Below are positions 10,330-23,300 of a DNA stretch of 64,000 nt, piece after piece. A model generated the notes under the pieces. It did not search any database. It worked only from the letters and a program-made list of their open reading frames with translations, and was not told the origin of the DNA. Origin of the DNA: Amphiscolops sp. MND2022 (taxonomy: Eukaryota); the NCBI GenBank assembly GCA_964187785.1, contig OZ076409.1, positions 69,566,001-69,630,000 of the forward strand. Reading direction: 5' to 3'. The position numbers and the translations under genes were made by a program. Every line of letters starts with the position of its first letter. Positions within the stretch are counted from its first letter, which is position 1.

Positions 10330-13300
10330 CCGAAAAAGATGGGGATACCTACATACCCCTGCACTCGACTATAGTCCTCAAGAACAGAAGACGAATGCTG
10401 TCTTTGCCAGCGAGTTCGGCGAAATAACCATGGACGGCCTAGTTGACTCAGGAGCGTTCATCAACGCCATGTCATGGTCAGACTACAACGCCATTAAAAT
10501 GAACAGTGACAATTGCATTATAAAAGAATACCCACAACCTCCTTTCAAGATCGAATGCGCAAACGCCCAACTAGAACAACCTATTGCCACTGCTGACATT
10601 CAATTCAATATCGGAACATACACGTTCACCGACACCTTTGTCATCCTATCAAAGACGTCATTCCCCATAATTGGACTGAATTTCATGAGAAACCACCAAG
10701 CAGTGATAGATACAGCTAACGGGAGCATCACCTTCCCACATGTCGAAATGACATTAGCCATGACAGACGAAAAGAAAAACTGTAACCCCATACCGCTCCA
10801 AATCATTACCGAAGGGAATCAGACGCTGCCACCACAAGAAACAACAACAGTAAATGCAATAGTCATAACCACCAATGCAACCGTCATCATAGGCGCAGTA
10901 CAACCGCTACCACAGTTTGATGAAACAGCCACCATCATCGTTGCACCAGCACTGGCCACAGCTCATAACAAACGAATAAACCTCCGAATAGCCAACTTGA
11001 CAGATTTCCTTCACACCATAAAAAACCATACCAAATTAGCAGAACTGCAAATCCTTAAACCAGAGGACACAGAACAGATACGACCCATAGACGTTGCAAC
11101 ACTAACCACCCTACAAGACCCAGATGACACGCACATGAAATCCACAAATAACGAACAAAACGACGAAAACCTCTGGTTCCCAACACCCGAAAACCCGGGA
11201 AATGAAGATGAACACACGCCAATACAAAGGCAAATATTATAAGAAATCAGAGAACTTATAAAGAAAGAACAACTCGATCCCACCAATGATCCAGAATCAA
11301 GGAAAGAGTTCCTCGACATGTTCAAATGGGAAAGATCGCAGATTCAGGGAAATGACAGAAAACAGCTTGAGCAAACGGTAGTTGAAAACAACGACATTTT
11401 TGCGCGTCACAGACTTGACGTTGGCATCAACAACAGCTTCAAAGTGAAACTAACGCCAAAAGATGAACGCCCCATATATACACAAAGTTTACCAGTACCA
11501 ATCAACCTGAAAGAAGACCTAACAGACGAACTAGCGCTCATGCATAGACATGTCATAATCACGACATTACTGTTTTCAAGTTATGTCAGCCCGACTTTCG
11601 CACAACGTAAATCAAATGGTAAACTGCGTCTACTTGTCGACCTACGAAAAATCAACGCACTGATATCTGACAACTTCATCAACAAGAATCATCCAGTCAG
11701 CACCCTGTCAGACGCAGCCCAACACCTAGCTGGAAAAAACTGTTCTGTAAATTAGATTGCTCCCAGGCATATCATTGCCTACAAATGGCGGATCAAAGAT
11801 CCATTGAAATGCTAGCATTCAATTTTGCAAGCAGAACCTTTGCATACAAACGACTGGAACAAGGACTGAGCAGAGCTTTGTCAGCGTTTTCAAGCTTCAT
11901 GAGGGAGTACTTGGTTAAAGTTATTAAAGCTGACCAGTATGCGCAATATGTGGACAATATTGGAATAGCTGCCAACTCCGTGACGCAACTGATACGAAAC
12001 ATTCGAGCTGTTTTTGAATGCATCAGACAAGCAGGACTTAAACTGTCCATTGACAAATGCCATTTTGGAATGACCGAGGTCGAATTCCTAGGAAGAACGA
12101 TCACCCCACAAGGAATTGCCCCCCAAGGCCACAAAATCCAGAAATTCTTAGCAAACGTACGATTCCCGAAATCAAAGAAGCAAGTACAAAGATACATAGG
12201 CTTTGTCAACTACTACCGCTACTATATCCCGCGGTTGTCAAAAATGTTACTCGGTTTCTACGAACTACTGAAAGCAGACAAACAGATCAAAGTCACAGAG
12301 GAATTGCTAGATAGCTACAAAGCGATCAACGCAGCGCTAGCGGAGGCATGTGGATTGGCTCTCAAACAACCAATCACAGGACGACAATACGTCCTAATGA
12401 CGGATGCTAGTTTTCGCGCTTCAGGATATGCTTTAATGACCGAAGAAGAAAACGACAAAAAACTGAATTCCAAAAAGAAATTTTTTGCGCCTGTAGCATT
12501 TGGATCAAAAGTATTTTCACCAGCGCAACTGAAGATGTCAGTTTATTGCAAAGAATTTCTGGCAATCTACCACGCGTTTTTAGAATACAGCCACATATTG
12601 TGGGAAACAACCCTACCAACTCTTTTAATGACTGACAACAGATCAGGAACGAGGTTTTTCAAACAAAAGCGACTCCCCCCACACTATGGAATGCATGCGA
12701 CTACGTACTACAGTTCAATTTTCACATCATGCACGTAGCAGGGACGCAAAACACCGCTGCTGATTTCTTTTCGAGAATTGACCTTAACCCTGAAGAAAAA
12801 GTTGAACTAAAAATCCGAAACGATATTACGATCCAACCAATACAAGTGAACCTACAATCGACAGACGTCGCAGATGAGGAGCAACTCTTTTTTCTCCTTT
12901 GAAACAGAAGAGGAGATCCTCCTACAGAAAGAACAAGCAAAACAAAATGCACGAGATGAGGAGACGACAAAAATAAAGCTGTCCATCAAAGAAACAACCC
13001 CAATTCCAATAAACAAGGCATCATACACCTTTGGGGCAATCAAAGAAGATGCACGCATTAGAGTTGAACAAGACTCAGATTTGATTTTCAAAGCAATCAA
13101 GAGAAAATTGATCTGCGAAGAATATGACAAACACCTACTACAAACAGATCCGAAAACCAAACGCCTCTTTGACACGAAAATAGACTAATAGTCAAAGACG
13201 GAATCCTAATGCGAAAATACTATGGGGAATGAGGACAAGTCACGCATCATCAAATATTAATCCCCGAACACCTAATCACAGAACTACTGAAAGCCATTCA

Positions 13301-13680
13301 CGGACAAATGGGAAAACATCCAGGAATCACCAAAATGATCCAAGAATGCAGATCGAAATATTACTACCCTGGCTTGGCAAAGAGGATCAAACAATGGGTA
13401 ATGCAATGCGAAGACTGCATCAAACACAAAAGAATCAACAACAGCCATATCCGACCGAAAATGATCAACAATACAGAACACGTATTGGGACCAGAAGACT
13501 TACTCGAAATCGACATACTGCCAAACCTACTGCAGGATACCAGAACATTGTCATAATGATCGACGTGTTCTCGCGTTACCTATTCGCATACCCAACGCAG
13601 AATGCCACGGCGAAGACAATTGGACGATGCATTGTCGATGTCATGACAAGACACGCATATTTGCCAACATTAATCTTATC
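10330..13680 (+). pseudogene. pol: Gypsy pol: protease, RT, RNase H, integrase N-terminal part; several frameshifts and stops
   Basis: LVDSGA; LRLLVDLRKIN; YVDNI (YVDD mutated); MTDASF..GYAL; H-x5-H...CEDC zinc motif; IDVFSRYLFAYP. Confidence 0.92.
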
Positions 13681-16600
13681 TCCATCGCCAAGCGTAAGTT
13701 AGAGGAGCGCTACAACAACATGCGATCAATCGTGAAGGCGCACTTGGCGGCAATTCATGCCCTACCAGTCATCAAGAAGGAGTCAAGTGTCGAGCTGCGC
13801 AAGTTACTGGAGTCGACCAATGAACATGTGCAAGCACTAGAAGCCTTAGGGCTTCCTGTTGATCAATGGGATGCAATACTTGTGTACTGGCTGCTTGAGA
13901 AACTTGATAATGAGTCGAGAAAGCAATTTGAATTGGCTCATCCTGGCATAGATGTGTTAACATTCAAGGAGTTAAAATATTCATGGATAGACGAAGCCGT
14001 GCATTGGAATCAAGCGGCGACCAGAATGAAGCTTCCGTCCCCAAGACGACGCCTAAGAAGGTGCTTCAAGAAGCATATTCCTCAACTGTTGAGCACTCAG
14101 CAAGCTGTCAGATGAAAGAATGCAATGGGTTTCACTCAATTTCTCAGTGTGATCGCTATGTTGAGCAGTTGGGCACATGTGAGAGAAAGGCAGTGGTGAG
14201 GAAGCTCAAACTGTGCATGAACTGTCTGGGGCGGCATTTCGTGGCTGACTGTCCATCCAAGTTCAGCTGCCGCACTTGCAACGGGAGGCATCACACATCG
14301 CTGCACTTTATCGTGCAGTCGAGCAGCAAAGTGGTGTGACAAGTGGTGCAACGTTCAGTGGTCCATCTGTGCTTCTCTCAGCAGCAATGGTTGGCATAGA
14401 CGACAAAGCTGGAAAGACATTGAAGTTCCGAGCCCTGCTGGACTCTGGGTCTCAAACATCCTTCATCACAGCGGATGCAGCATCGAAACTCAACATCGCC
14501 TGTTCAACAGTTGATGTGAAGATCTCAGGGATTGGTGGACGGCAACAAGCAGCAAAGGAGTCAGTCAATCTCGTGATTGGTCCTCAAAAACTGCCGGTAA
14601 CAGCACTAGTGCTGAACTCAATTGCAGGTAATATACCCTCTCAATCCATTAATTTGAAACAAATGAAATCAATGAAAAGTGTAGCATTAGCTGACGAAAA
14701 CTTCCATCAACCTGGCCCCGTTCAATTATTGGTGGGCGCGGATGTATACGAGGATCTCTTTCTGGACGAAAGGAGGAAGGCTCATGGGCTTCACTATCGC
14801 AAGTCTATCTTCGGCTGAGTGGTCACTGGAGTGCTGTCCCAAGTGCGTACCTACCAATGTCGATCATTCCAAGTTGCAGTGTAACTGGATCTTGCTCGCT
14901 TCTGGGAAAATGAAGAGATTCCTCGAGTGAAGCCAATGTCCAAAGAAAATTGTCAATGTGTGGAGCATTACGACACAACAACCTATGTTGCTGATGATGG
15001 CCGCATCACTGTTCGTCTGCCTTTCAAGTCTGAAGCACGTCCCTCAAACAATTTTCACACAGCAAAGCAGAGATTGTTCCATGGAGAGAAAACTCAAGGA
15101 TCACGGTGATGTGAAGCAGCAGTACCGTGACTTCATCAAGGAGTTTGTAGACATGGGTCACTTGGAAGAAGCTCCTCAGACTTCAGGCTTGCGTTACTAC
15201 TTATCCCATCACTGTGTTTTCAAGGATAGCACAACGACCAAGCTCCGTGTCGTGTTCGATGCCAGGAGCAAATCCCCGAATGGCAACTCGCTAAACGATT
15301 GCCTATTGCTTGGACCCCGTTTGCAGGACGATGTGTTTGATATTTTTATCCGCTTTCGCCTACACCAATATGCCTTGTCGGCAGATGTATCAAAGATTTA
15401 TCGACAAGTGGGTGTAGACAAATCAGACCGTGACTTCCATCGAATTCGGTGGCGTGACCTTGTGACAGATGAGATCCGAGAACTGCGTATGACCCGTGTG
15501 ACGTACGGTGTTGCCAGCTCCTCCTACCTTTCAACCTGAGCACTTCAAGAGAGTGGCAAAAATCATGGACCCAATCCGAACACAGTGAATGTGATTCTCA
15601 ACGATTTCTGGGTTGATGATTTACTGAGTGGGGCTGATACACTGATAGAAGCATGCGTGCTTCAAGACAATCTGATTGAAACCCTCAACAAGAACTGTCT
15701 CCAACTACGCAAGTGGAGCAGCAACGAACCCCAACTCGTCACTCGCCTTTCGAAAGACCTTCAGGAAGCTGGCAAGGCTTACGAAATCAACGATAAAACC
15801 CATCAAATCAAAACACTGGGACTGACGTGGCATCCTCTAGAGGATCACTTTGTGTACGCAAGTAGTAGTGAGTATATTTCAATCATTACAAAACGAACAC
15901 TACTCAGTGATGTTTCAAAGCATTTCGATCCAATTGGCCTCATAGCCCCAGTTCTCGTAGTAGCCAAGGTCATCGTTCAGTCCTGCTGGAAGCTGGATCT
16001 TGAGTGGAATGATGCAGTCCCAGATGATGTGTCACGGGCATACATAAACTGGAAAGATGACATGAGCTCACTATCACAACTCAAGATACCCCGGAAGGTG
16101 CTGCCAACCCACTTGTATGACGCAGCATCCTTACAAGTCTTCTGTGATGCCTCGGAAAAAGCATACGGTGCCTTTGTTTATCTGGTGTCAGTCAAAGATG
16201 ACATCGTCTCTTCAACCCTCATCTCCTCCAAATGCAAGGTGGCTCCAATCAAACCCTCAACTCTCCCTCGACTCTCGAACTCTTGGCAGTTCACACGGGT
16301 GCCAAACTTGCAACAGCAGTCAAGGGGGCACTATCAAAATCAAAGCACGCATTGAACATCTCTGTGCTGTACTCAGACTCAACAATCGCCCTCTCATGGA
16401 TCAAGGCAGACCCTGCTCGATGGCATACGTTTGTGTCAAACCGCGTGTCCCAAATTCAGTCAATGCTCCCATTAACTGAATTCATTCACGTACCCTCAGA
16501 GGAAAACCCAGCAGATCTGTGCTCACGCGGACTGCTAGCAACGCAATTGGTGGCTCAGCAGACGTTCTGGTTTCAAGGGCCATCGTGGTTGGGATCATCA

Positions 16601-17539
16601 TTTCCTGACCAACCTCAGACTCTCCTCACAAAGGAGGAGGTCCGCCAAGAAATCAAAACATTGACAGTGTTAACTTCGCCCAGTAATTCGTTAGTAGACT
16701 TGGAGAATTTCAACTCTTGGAGTGTTTTGTGTGTGAAGAGAATAAAAGAAGCCAGCAAATATTTTGAATTTTTCAACAGCCACACACCCAACTCAACTGG
16801 AGCCAGCTACACACCCAACTCCAATACCCAATCCAACTCAATCCCTTTATACGTGATGATGGTACAGTGGTAAATTCAATAACCCCTTATCAGAAGTCTG
16901 GAGTTCGAATCCCCGAATAACAAAAATTTTATTTTGTCCCCTTTGAACTGAAACTCTGGTAATTTCCAATTTGTATTACGTGTGCTAACCATATATTTAA
17001 TAAAGCTGACACTTCATGGCCGGCGGGATGTTGGCGCACGACATTAGAATAGTATCGTATAATTATCAATCCACTTAGCACAGTGGATGAGTGTTTGCTT
17101 CCGAGCCAGTCTGACCGGGTTCGAATCTGCAACAGTGCTATCTTTTGTTGCTATTTTTGTTTATTCATTCTTAACCTCTGATATATCAATCATATCAGTT
17201 GACATTTGTAATGTTGCTCATTTATGTTTGCGTACATGAACAAATGTAAACAGTCTGAATAGACCTTTTTTTGCCCTTTGGCTGTAAATTCATCGTTTGA
17301 TAGTCAACAACTTAAAAACCCAGTCATGAAATTTTCCTCCTTTGCATCATTATTATACTTTCATATCGTTACTGAACTCTTCAATAAACGTTATCAGTTT
17401 AGTCTTCTTGTTTGAGAAAAGCAAAGGCTTGAACTCTATCTTAAGTTCCCTCCATCTCAATAGTTTGAATTCTATCTTTGAGTTCCTTCAATTATTCTAG
17501 TTCGAACCCTGTCTTGAGTTCCTCCGTCTTAGCTTGAGA
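13681..17539 (+). mobile_element. Truncated BEL/Pao fragment of a second family: gag end, PR, RT, RH, no integrase, PPT and partial 3' LTR from 17029
   Basis: RALLDSGSQTSFI; HHCVFKDSTTTKLRVVFDA; TYGVASS; FWVDDLL; FCDASEKAYGA; ENPADLCSRG; GGCCGGCGGGA|TGTTGGCGC at 17018-17037. Confidence 0.9.
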
Positions 17540-18668
17540 TTACCTATTCGCATACCCAACGCAGAATGCCACGGCGAAGCCAATTGGACGATGCATTGTC
17601 GACGTCATGACAAGACATGCATACCTACCAATATTAATACTATCAGACAAAGGCTTACAATTCCGATCAGAAGTTGTCGCAGAGATAACGCACATACTCG
17701 AAATCCAAATCAGCCACGCGTCAACAAAACATGCACAAACGATTGGAATTTTGGAAAGGACACACGCTTCAATCAAAACTGCACTAAAATATCGACGGGG
17801 GAAAGACGTTCAATGTGGCACAAATATGTCCAAATTGCAGTCATGAACTACAACACAACGTACCATGAAACCCTAGGTTGTGAACCATCCACAGTATTTC
17901 ATGGACGCATACCCTACAACGTTCTAGACCTGAAGTTAGGCATCAAGCCAAAATGGAAAACTACACCTAACTCAGATCTAGGGGAGCAACTACAAAAACA
18001 AATAGACGAAGTGAGAGCGACAGCAAAGGACAATATCATGTTGTCTTACCTCAAATACAAAAAATTTTACGACCGCAAAGCGTCAGCAGCTCCGCTCAAA
18101 GTAAACGTCTACTGCTACATTCTCAAACCGAAAGCTGACAATCAATCAACAAAGTTTGCGTTCCAAGATTGCATCTGGACAGGACCGTACATAGTGATCA
18201 AAGTGCTCTCAAACAATAACTACACAATAAGGAAAACTGGCACGAGACATAAGCAAACACTACACAGAATCCGCATACGACCTTACGTACCAGAACAACG
18301 TGTGCCTGACGTCACGGTACGAGCAAACGAATATTTTCCTGATCCATATTTCTAGGTGTCCCACAATGAATGGTACGCGGTATCATGGGAAATGGATTTT
18401 AGAAAACAATTGACGAACACGAGTCAAAGACATGAATGACGCAACGCCATCGTCACCGGATTTTTCGAATCTTACTACAGACGTGGGGGATAACCCATAC
18501 ATACGACGCCCCTCACCCATTGAAAGTCCACCTATTCCCCCAAGATCACAGCCTACAACTGTCGGATATAACCCGAGGAAACCGGCAAAGTATAACTTGA
18601 GGCCTAACCCTAAATCTAATGCTAATCCTGACTTCAGACGACTCGACGCTCTGACTACGACTCACTAG
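17540..18668 (+). pseudogene. pol: Gypsy integrase core and C-terminus (frameshifted)
   Basis: ILSDKG.QFRS; HAQTIGILERTH; YNTTYHETLG; WTGPYIV (GPY/F motif); YNLRPNP tail. Confidence 0.9.
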
Positions 18669-18908
18669 AAATGAAAAGATGATATCAGGAGTCCAGACCG
18701 AACCGATCTGACAAATTCAATCCAAGGCCATCCATAACGCTACTAGAAGATCTAACTCTACAACTAACTGCCGCTACAACTAACTGCCAGAAGACAGTAA
18801 CAGATAACAATAAAACAATAACTAACTAACTAAACATATCAGTTACAAACAACTTGTCTTTCAACGGATCAATCAGACTCAAGAACAGCCTTCTTCTTCC
18901 TCTCACCT

Positions 18909-21900
18909 TTATCGGTGCCTCTCTTCGTGCGCCGCACAGAACTCCTGCCTTTTACTAGAGCACGAACCAGATTGTTCTCCGGCATCATCAGCAACTTTGG
19001 ATCCACTCACGACAGGCAGGGTACTACCTCTCTTTACACCAAGGTAAGAAGCCAATGAAGTCTGCAACTCCCTACGACTCTTTTTCGTCGAACTGACTAC
19101 CCTTACGGTACTCCGCACAGGAGAAGCAACAGCTGAACCAGCCCCAGACACAACAGAACCGCCGGAACGCATGTCTCGCGGACGTTCTGGAACACTGCGA
19201 AGACGAGTCTCAGCATTTTTCTTCTTTTGAGCCAGATGAGCAGCGAATAGGTCACTGTAACGACCAACGAAAGCAGAACGATCTTTCTGCGCAATTTCCG
19301 CCCAAAGATCGAAATCAGTGGATTCCATAAAGTCCTGAGCTTTCATAACTGACTGCCGGACCGCATCCATCGTAGCAACGGTAAAAAAGGAGCCTTGCTT
19401 GAAAGTAGGCATACGGACATAGCTCTGAACACATTTGATGGCCGAATTCAATACCACAGCAGGAACACTACAGTCTGAAAGATCAATATCAATCGAGGGT
19501 AACCGCATTGGATTCTTTAGCACGACCAAGCTGCATAATTGCAAAACACGGACAAGATTGTGGCGAGACAGGAATCCATAATCCGACAAAAGATACGTAA
19601 CAACGTCGTTTATTGCCGAAGCAGACCGCTCTGACTCTTCATGACGGAAGCGTGCCTCCACAACAAATGCAGCAAACTCGTCAATACTGGCATTGACCGC
19701 ATCTCGCGACAAACAACCAACTTTCTCCAATACGCGCAGCAGTTTACCAAAGAGTCCAAATATGTAACGGTCATCTCCTTCATGAAGCATCTCAGGGCAA
19801 AAGCAATAAATACTCTGGTAGAAGTTGCCAGTCACTAGATGCAACGATAAAATTGCGTCCACGAGGTGATTCATAAAGTCAAGGCAACGACTGCGGACGT
19901 CTCGCACCTCTCCAGTATTGGCTCTTCTCAAAGCATCTCCGAAAGGATGATTGGCCAAAAAATCCTTGACATATATCTTGCCCAGAACAGCCACCTTGGA
20001 CGAGTCCATGTAAGCATCCCAATCGGACAGCACAGGCATATCGGCAACTCGTCGTGTCTGTGTCAGCAGGCAGTATACAAATTCACTTAGTTCGCCGTAA
20101 CTGTGAAAGCCATAATCGGTACGGCCTGAGAGTTGCTTCTTGAAGACGCGGTGATCTGGAAACACACAAACCATAAAAACCCAAATCACCCAAAACTACG
20201 CGATTAGTTTACCACAACGACAACTAACAGAGATCCAGAATGTGCAGCAGCAATCCCAGCAACAAATCAGTGGTATTACTTGAGCACACAAACCAGTCAA
20301 TGCTCTGCATCTGAAACAAAACAAAAAAACAGTGACAATAAAAAGGACACGAAGAGAAACCCCTTGCCTTTTCTCTATCTATCAACCCATTTTAACAACA
20401 AAAAAAACAAGGGAAAAAAAGAGGAACAAATCATACCCTATACAAAGAACTAAACGGGACGGACGTACCCTCTCTGCAGCGCTTTTGATATGGTGAGAGC
20501 CAGTATGACGCACGTACTCCCGCACGAAAGTCCAGACAGAAAGCAACTCGGACACGACATCTCGAAAGCCAACAAACTTGACAGATCCAACGACAATAGC
20601 ACGTCGCAAGGCTGGCACTTCTTCCAACCAGGGCTCCTGCAAAGCCCCCTTCAACCGCAACAAGAGGAAATCGACCATGGACGTCGTCTCAAAGGCACTG
20701 AACACCTCCTGATGACTTTGACGAAAACATCGCAAAAATACATCAGCAGAAAATTCGCGACAGAAAGCAAACTGTCGACCATCGTCCCGGTTGTCAATAA
20801 GAACACGTAGCAGAGTGGGACTACCGCCCCGAATACTCAGAGGCAAATGAGAACCGGGAATGACGCTCACTAATAGAGACAAAGCAGCAAATTCGACGTC
20901 AGGAACACGTTGTCCAGCGGGCTTAGCATGTACACACACCTCCAACGGAGTGTGTTTCTCCCACGTTCTCACTACACAGATCTGCTTATCATCCACCTCC
21001 TCGAAAGTCACACTGTACTCACCAAAGGTGACAAAGCGAGCACTCAGAGCCCGGAGAACTCGTGGGAACAAGGCATGGCAAACCAGCGACTACAACAAAA
21101 CAACAAAGCCTGCAGTCAAATCAACAACCCAAAATCACAGGACAGGGCAAACAATAAATATGGTTACAAAGTCGAACAACAGAAATCCACGTACCAATGA
21201 CTCACAGCGACTCCACATCATATTATACAGGGGGTCCTCAGACTAGAGAGTGGCACGGAAGCAACCCCAGAGACGTCGCAGAAACACGTTGCTCCCGCCC
21301 CAGCGGAGAAGTTCCAGGAGACAGTTCACCGTAGTCATCAGAGGAACATTTGAACCCACCCGGGTACAAGAAGGCAAAAGGTCCTCAGGGAAGGGGAAAC
21401 CTTCAGCCCGACCACGACAAGGCCGCGAAGAGTATTCCGCTTTCTGCTCGGCACTCAACGTCAGAGGATCACGCATCCGCCCATAGACTGGAAGTCCGTT
21501 GTGCACTCTGTAAGTCACATCGGCCTCCCAATGTTTGGGAGTCCCAAAGAAGTGGCGATCGAACTCTCCAGCCCCCCTCGCCGCATGAAAACATCGCGAT
21601 GACAGATGGTGCAATAGAAGGCCCATGGGAAGCCAGTGCTGGACCCACTTACAAACAAACTGTACACTGGGTCGTCTCTGACCATACTACGTCGTAATCG
21701 GGTACGGGCACTATACTGCTTTGGCTTGTCACGAGAGCCAGTCAACCCCTCCAGACTTTTCTCCATTCAAGTCATAAGCTCTTGAAACCCTAAAACAACA
21801 CGGCCAAATCTCGAACAGCATATGCATACCTTCCCAATACCAATAAAAGAAAATATTACGTACTGGACAACAGAGGCTCCACTGTCCTGTCCTCAACCTC

Positions 21901-22837
21901 AGTAGCAACGATAACGCCCAGAACAGCAGTTTGCTGAGGTGTGAAGGGCGCCACTGACTCTACACTCGAATCGTCATCGGTACCTACGAAACCAACACGT
22001 GATGAAGAAATGATAACACAAGTCAGCAATATCAAAACACCATCAAAACAGTTTATTACTATCAGATCGAGGCTGTTGATGACGCGTTTGCGACGCAGCA
22101 GGACTACGACGATAACGCTTCGAACGTTGTTTCCCTGAATCTGCAACTGGTGCAACTAGAACAATTTAATGATACAACCACACATCAATAAAAGTCCATC
22201 ACGAAAAACTAGAATCACAAAGCGCCAAACCTCGCTTCTGACTGGACTTCTCGTCTGGACGTCAAAGATTGAACTGATAACAGGCAACCAAGTTGACGCA
22301 CCAGCTTCAAGGTAACGTCCTCCGCAAAAGTGACGGCGGCCGTACGGGAAGAAGCAGCTACTCCACCAGCAGTCGTAAAGTTGGCCGCAGCGTCTGCGAG
22401 AAGTGGTCCAGAGGGATCAGCAACCAAACTTTGCAAAGGCACATCAAGCCCATCGTCTTCGGAAGAAGAAGGCCCTTTTCCTTGGGAATCAGGCGGTACA
22501 GGCACAGAAACAGAAGAGATCGGAACGACTACAGGAGAACTTCCATCAGGAGGAGGGACAGCAGCAACAGCAGCAGAAATTTGCCCTAGTACAAACACTA
22601 TTCCAATATCGACGCGTCAAGAAAACATAAGCTGTAGAAATGCAAATATGGGAAAGGCCTGCTCATATAATGTGTCATCTACAAAAGCTTAATGGGGAAC
22701 CGAAAAATGTACTCACTAGCTGTAGCACGACGAGCGTCATCAGCGTCACTGTGACGCATGCCCCCCTCAGAGAAGACAAATTGAGTCTCGTTTCCGCTCA
22801 CTAAACCCGAGTCAATAAAGCCTCGGGAGTGAGACAT
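18909..22837 (-). pseudogene. Antisense 8-exon cargo gene (~1060 codons): low-complexity N-terminus, C2H2/BED-like zinc finger, hAT-transposase-like body; damaged in this copy
   Basis: Predicted exons: 22837-22717, 22585-22302, 22155-22060, 21983-21864, 21789-21195, 21089-20469, 20310-20213, 20155-18909. All introns are GT..AG, 57-158 nt, with T-rich acceptors. Contains FYCTICHRDV...RHFFGTPKHW. Confidence 0.72.
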
Positions 22838-22888
22838 TGCGAGCAGCTCGGAATCTGAAAACAAACAGGGTGAAAACAACAACCAAAT

Positions 22889-23145
22889 TGACGTCATCAT
22901 AACGGTGACAAAACAGAAGTTGGCTGATAACCAACGAAATTGACGTCGGCATAACGTCGGCAAAAAGGTTATCAGTGTTGAAAATTTAATCCTATAATCT
23001 ACAATGACGTCTCCATAACGGTGACAAACTTAGAAGCTAGTTAAAAGTTAGCGAAATTGACGTCAGCATAACGTTGACAATCTTGTTTAAGTGAATTATT
23101 TCAATTTACAGCCAATAAAAACGCGATGTCGACATAGCGGTAACA
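22889..23145. promoter_or_regulatory. Array of five 22-bp motifs (TGACGTCnnCATAACGnTGACA) between the divergent cargo genes
   Basis: Copies start at 22889, 22941, 23005, 23058 and 23124; the last is degenerate. Regulatory role is inferred. Confidence 0.7.
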
Positions 23146-23300
23146 CCCGGGATTAAAAGGATAAAAATGATTGATGATCATCTAATCAAAATAGAAGGAT
23201 TTATCCCGATATTCGCCTTAATCTTAATTAATCCGAAATTCATTGTGGAACAATTAAATACGAACGACAGTTGCAAAAGGAAAGCAGTCCCATAAAGAAG

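Noticed and set aside
13576..13680. Target-site duplication of the BEL fragment
   Set aside because: Too long (105 bp) and diverged mainly at silent sites.
16852..17135. Functional tRNA genes
   Set aside because: A and B boxes only; acceptor and anticodon stems do not pair convincingly.
18909..20189. env gene
   Set aside because: Antisense orientation, with no signal peptide, furin site or transmembrane anchor; better explained as the last exon of the spliced gene.
21856..22155. The 99-aa ORF as a single exon
   Set aside because: It contains a 76-nt GT..AG intron with a GCTGAC branch-like site; the upstream part reads better in another frame (SGKQRSKRYRRSP).
22889..23145. Repeat-spacer pattern resembling CRISPR
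   Set aside because: Repeats are degenerate, spacing alternates, spacers are partly related to each other, and the context is eukaryotic.
18700..23200. Independent hAT DNA transposon insertion
   Set aside because: No TIRs or 8-bp TSD found by eye, and no catalytic motif. Not fully excluded without other copies.
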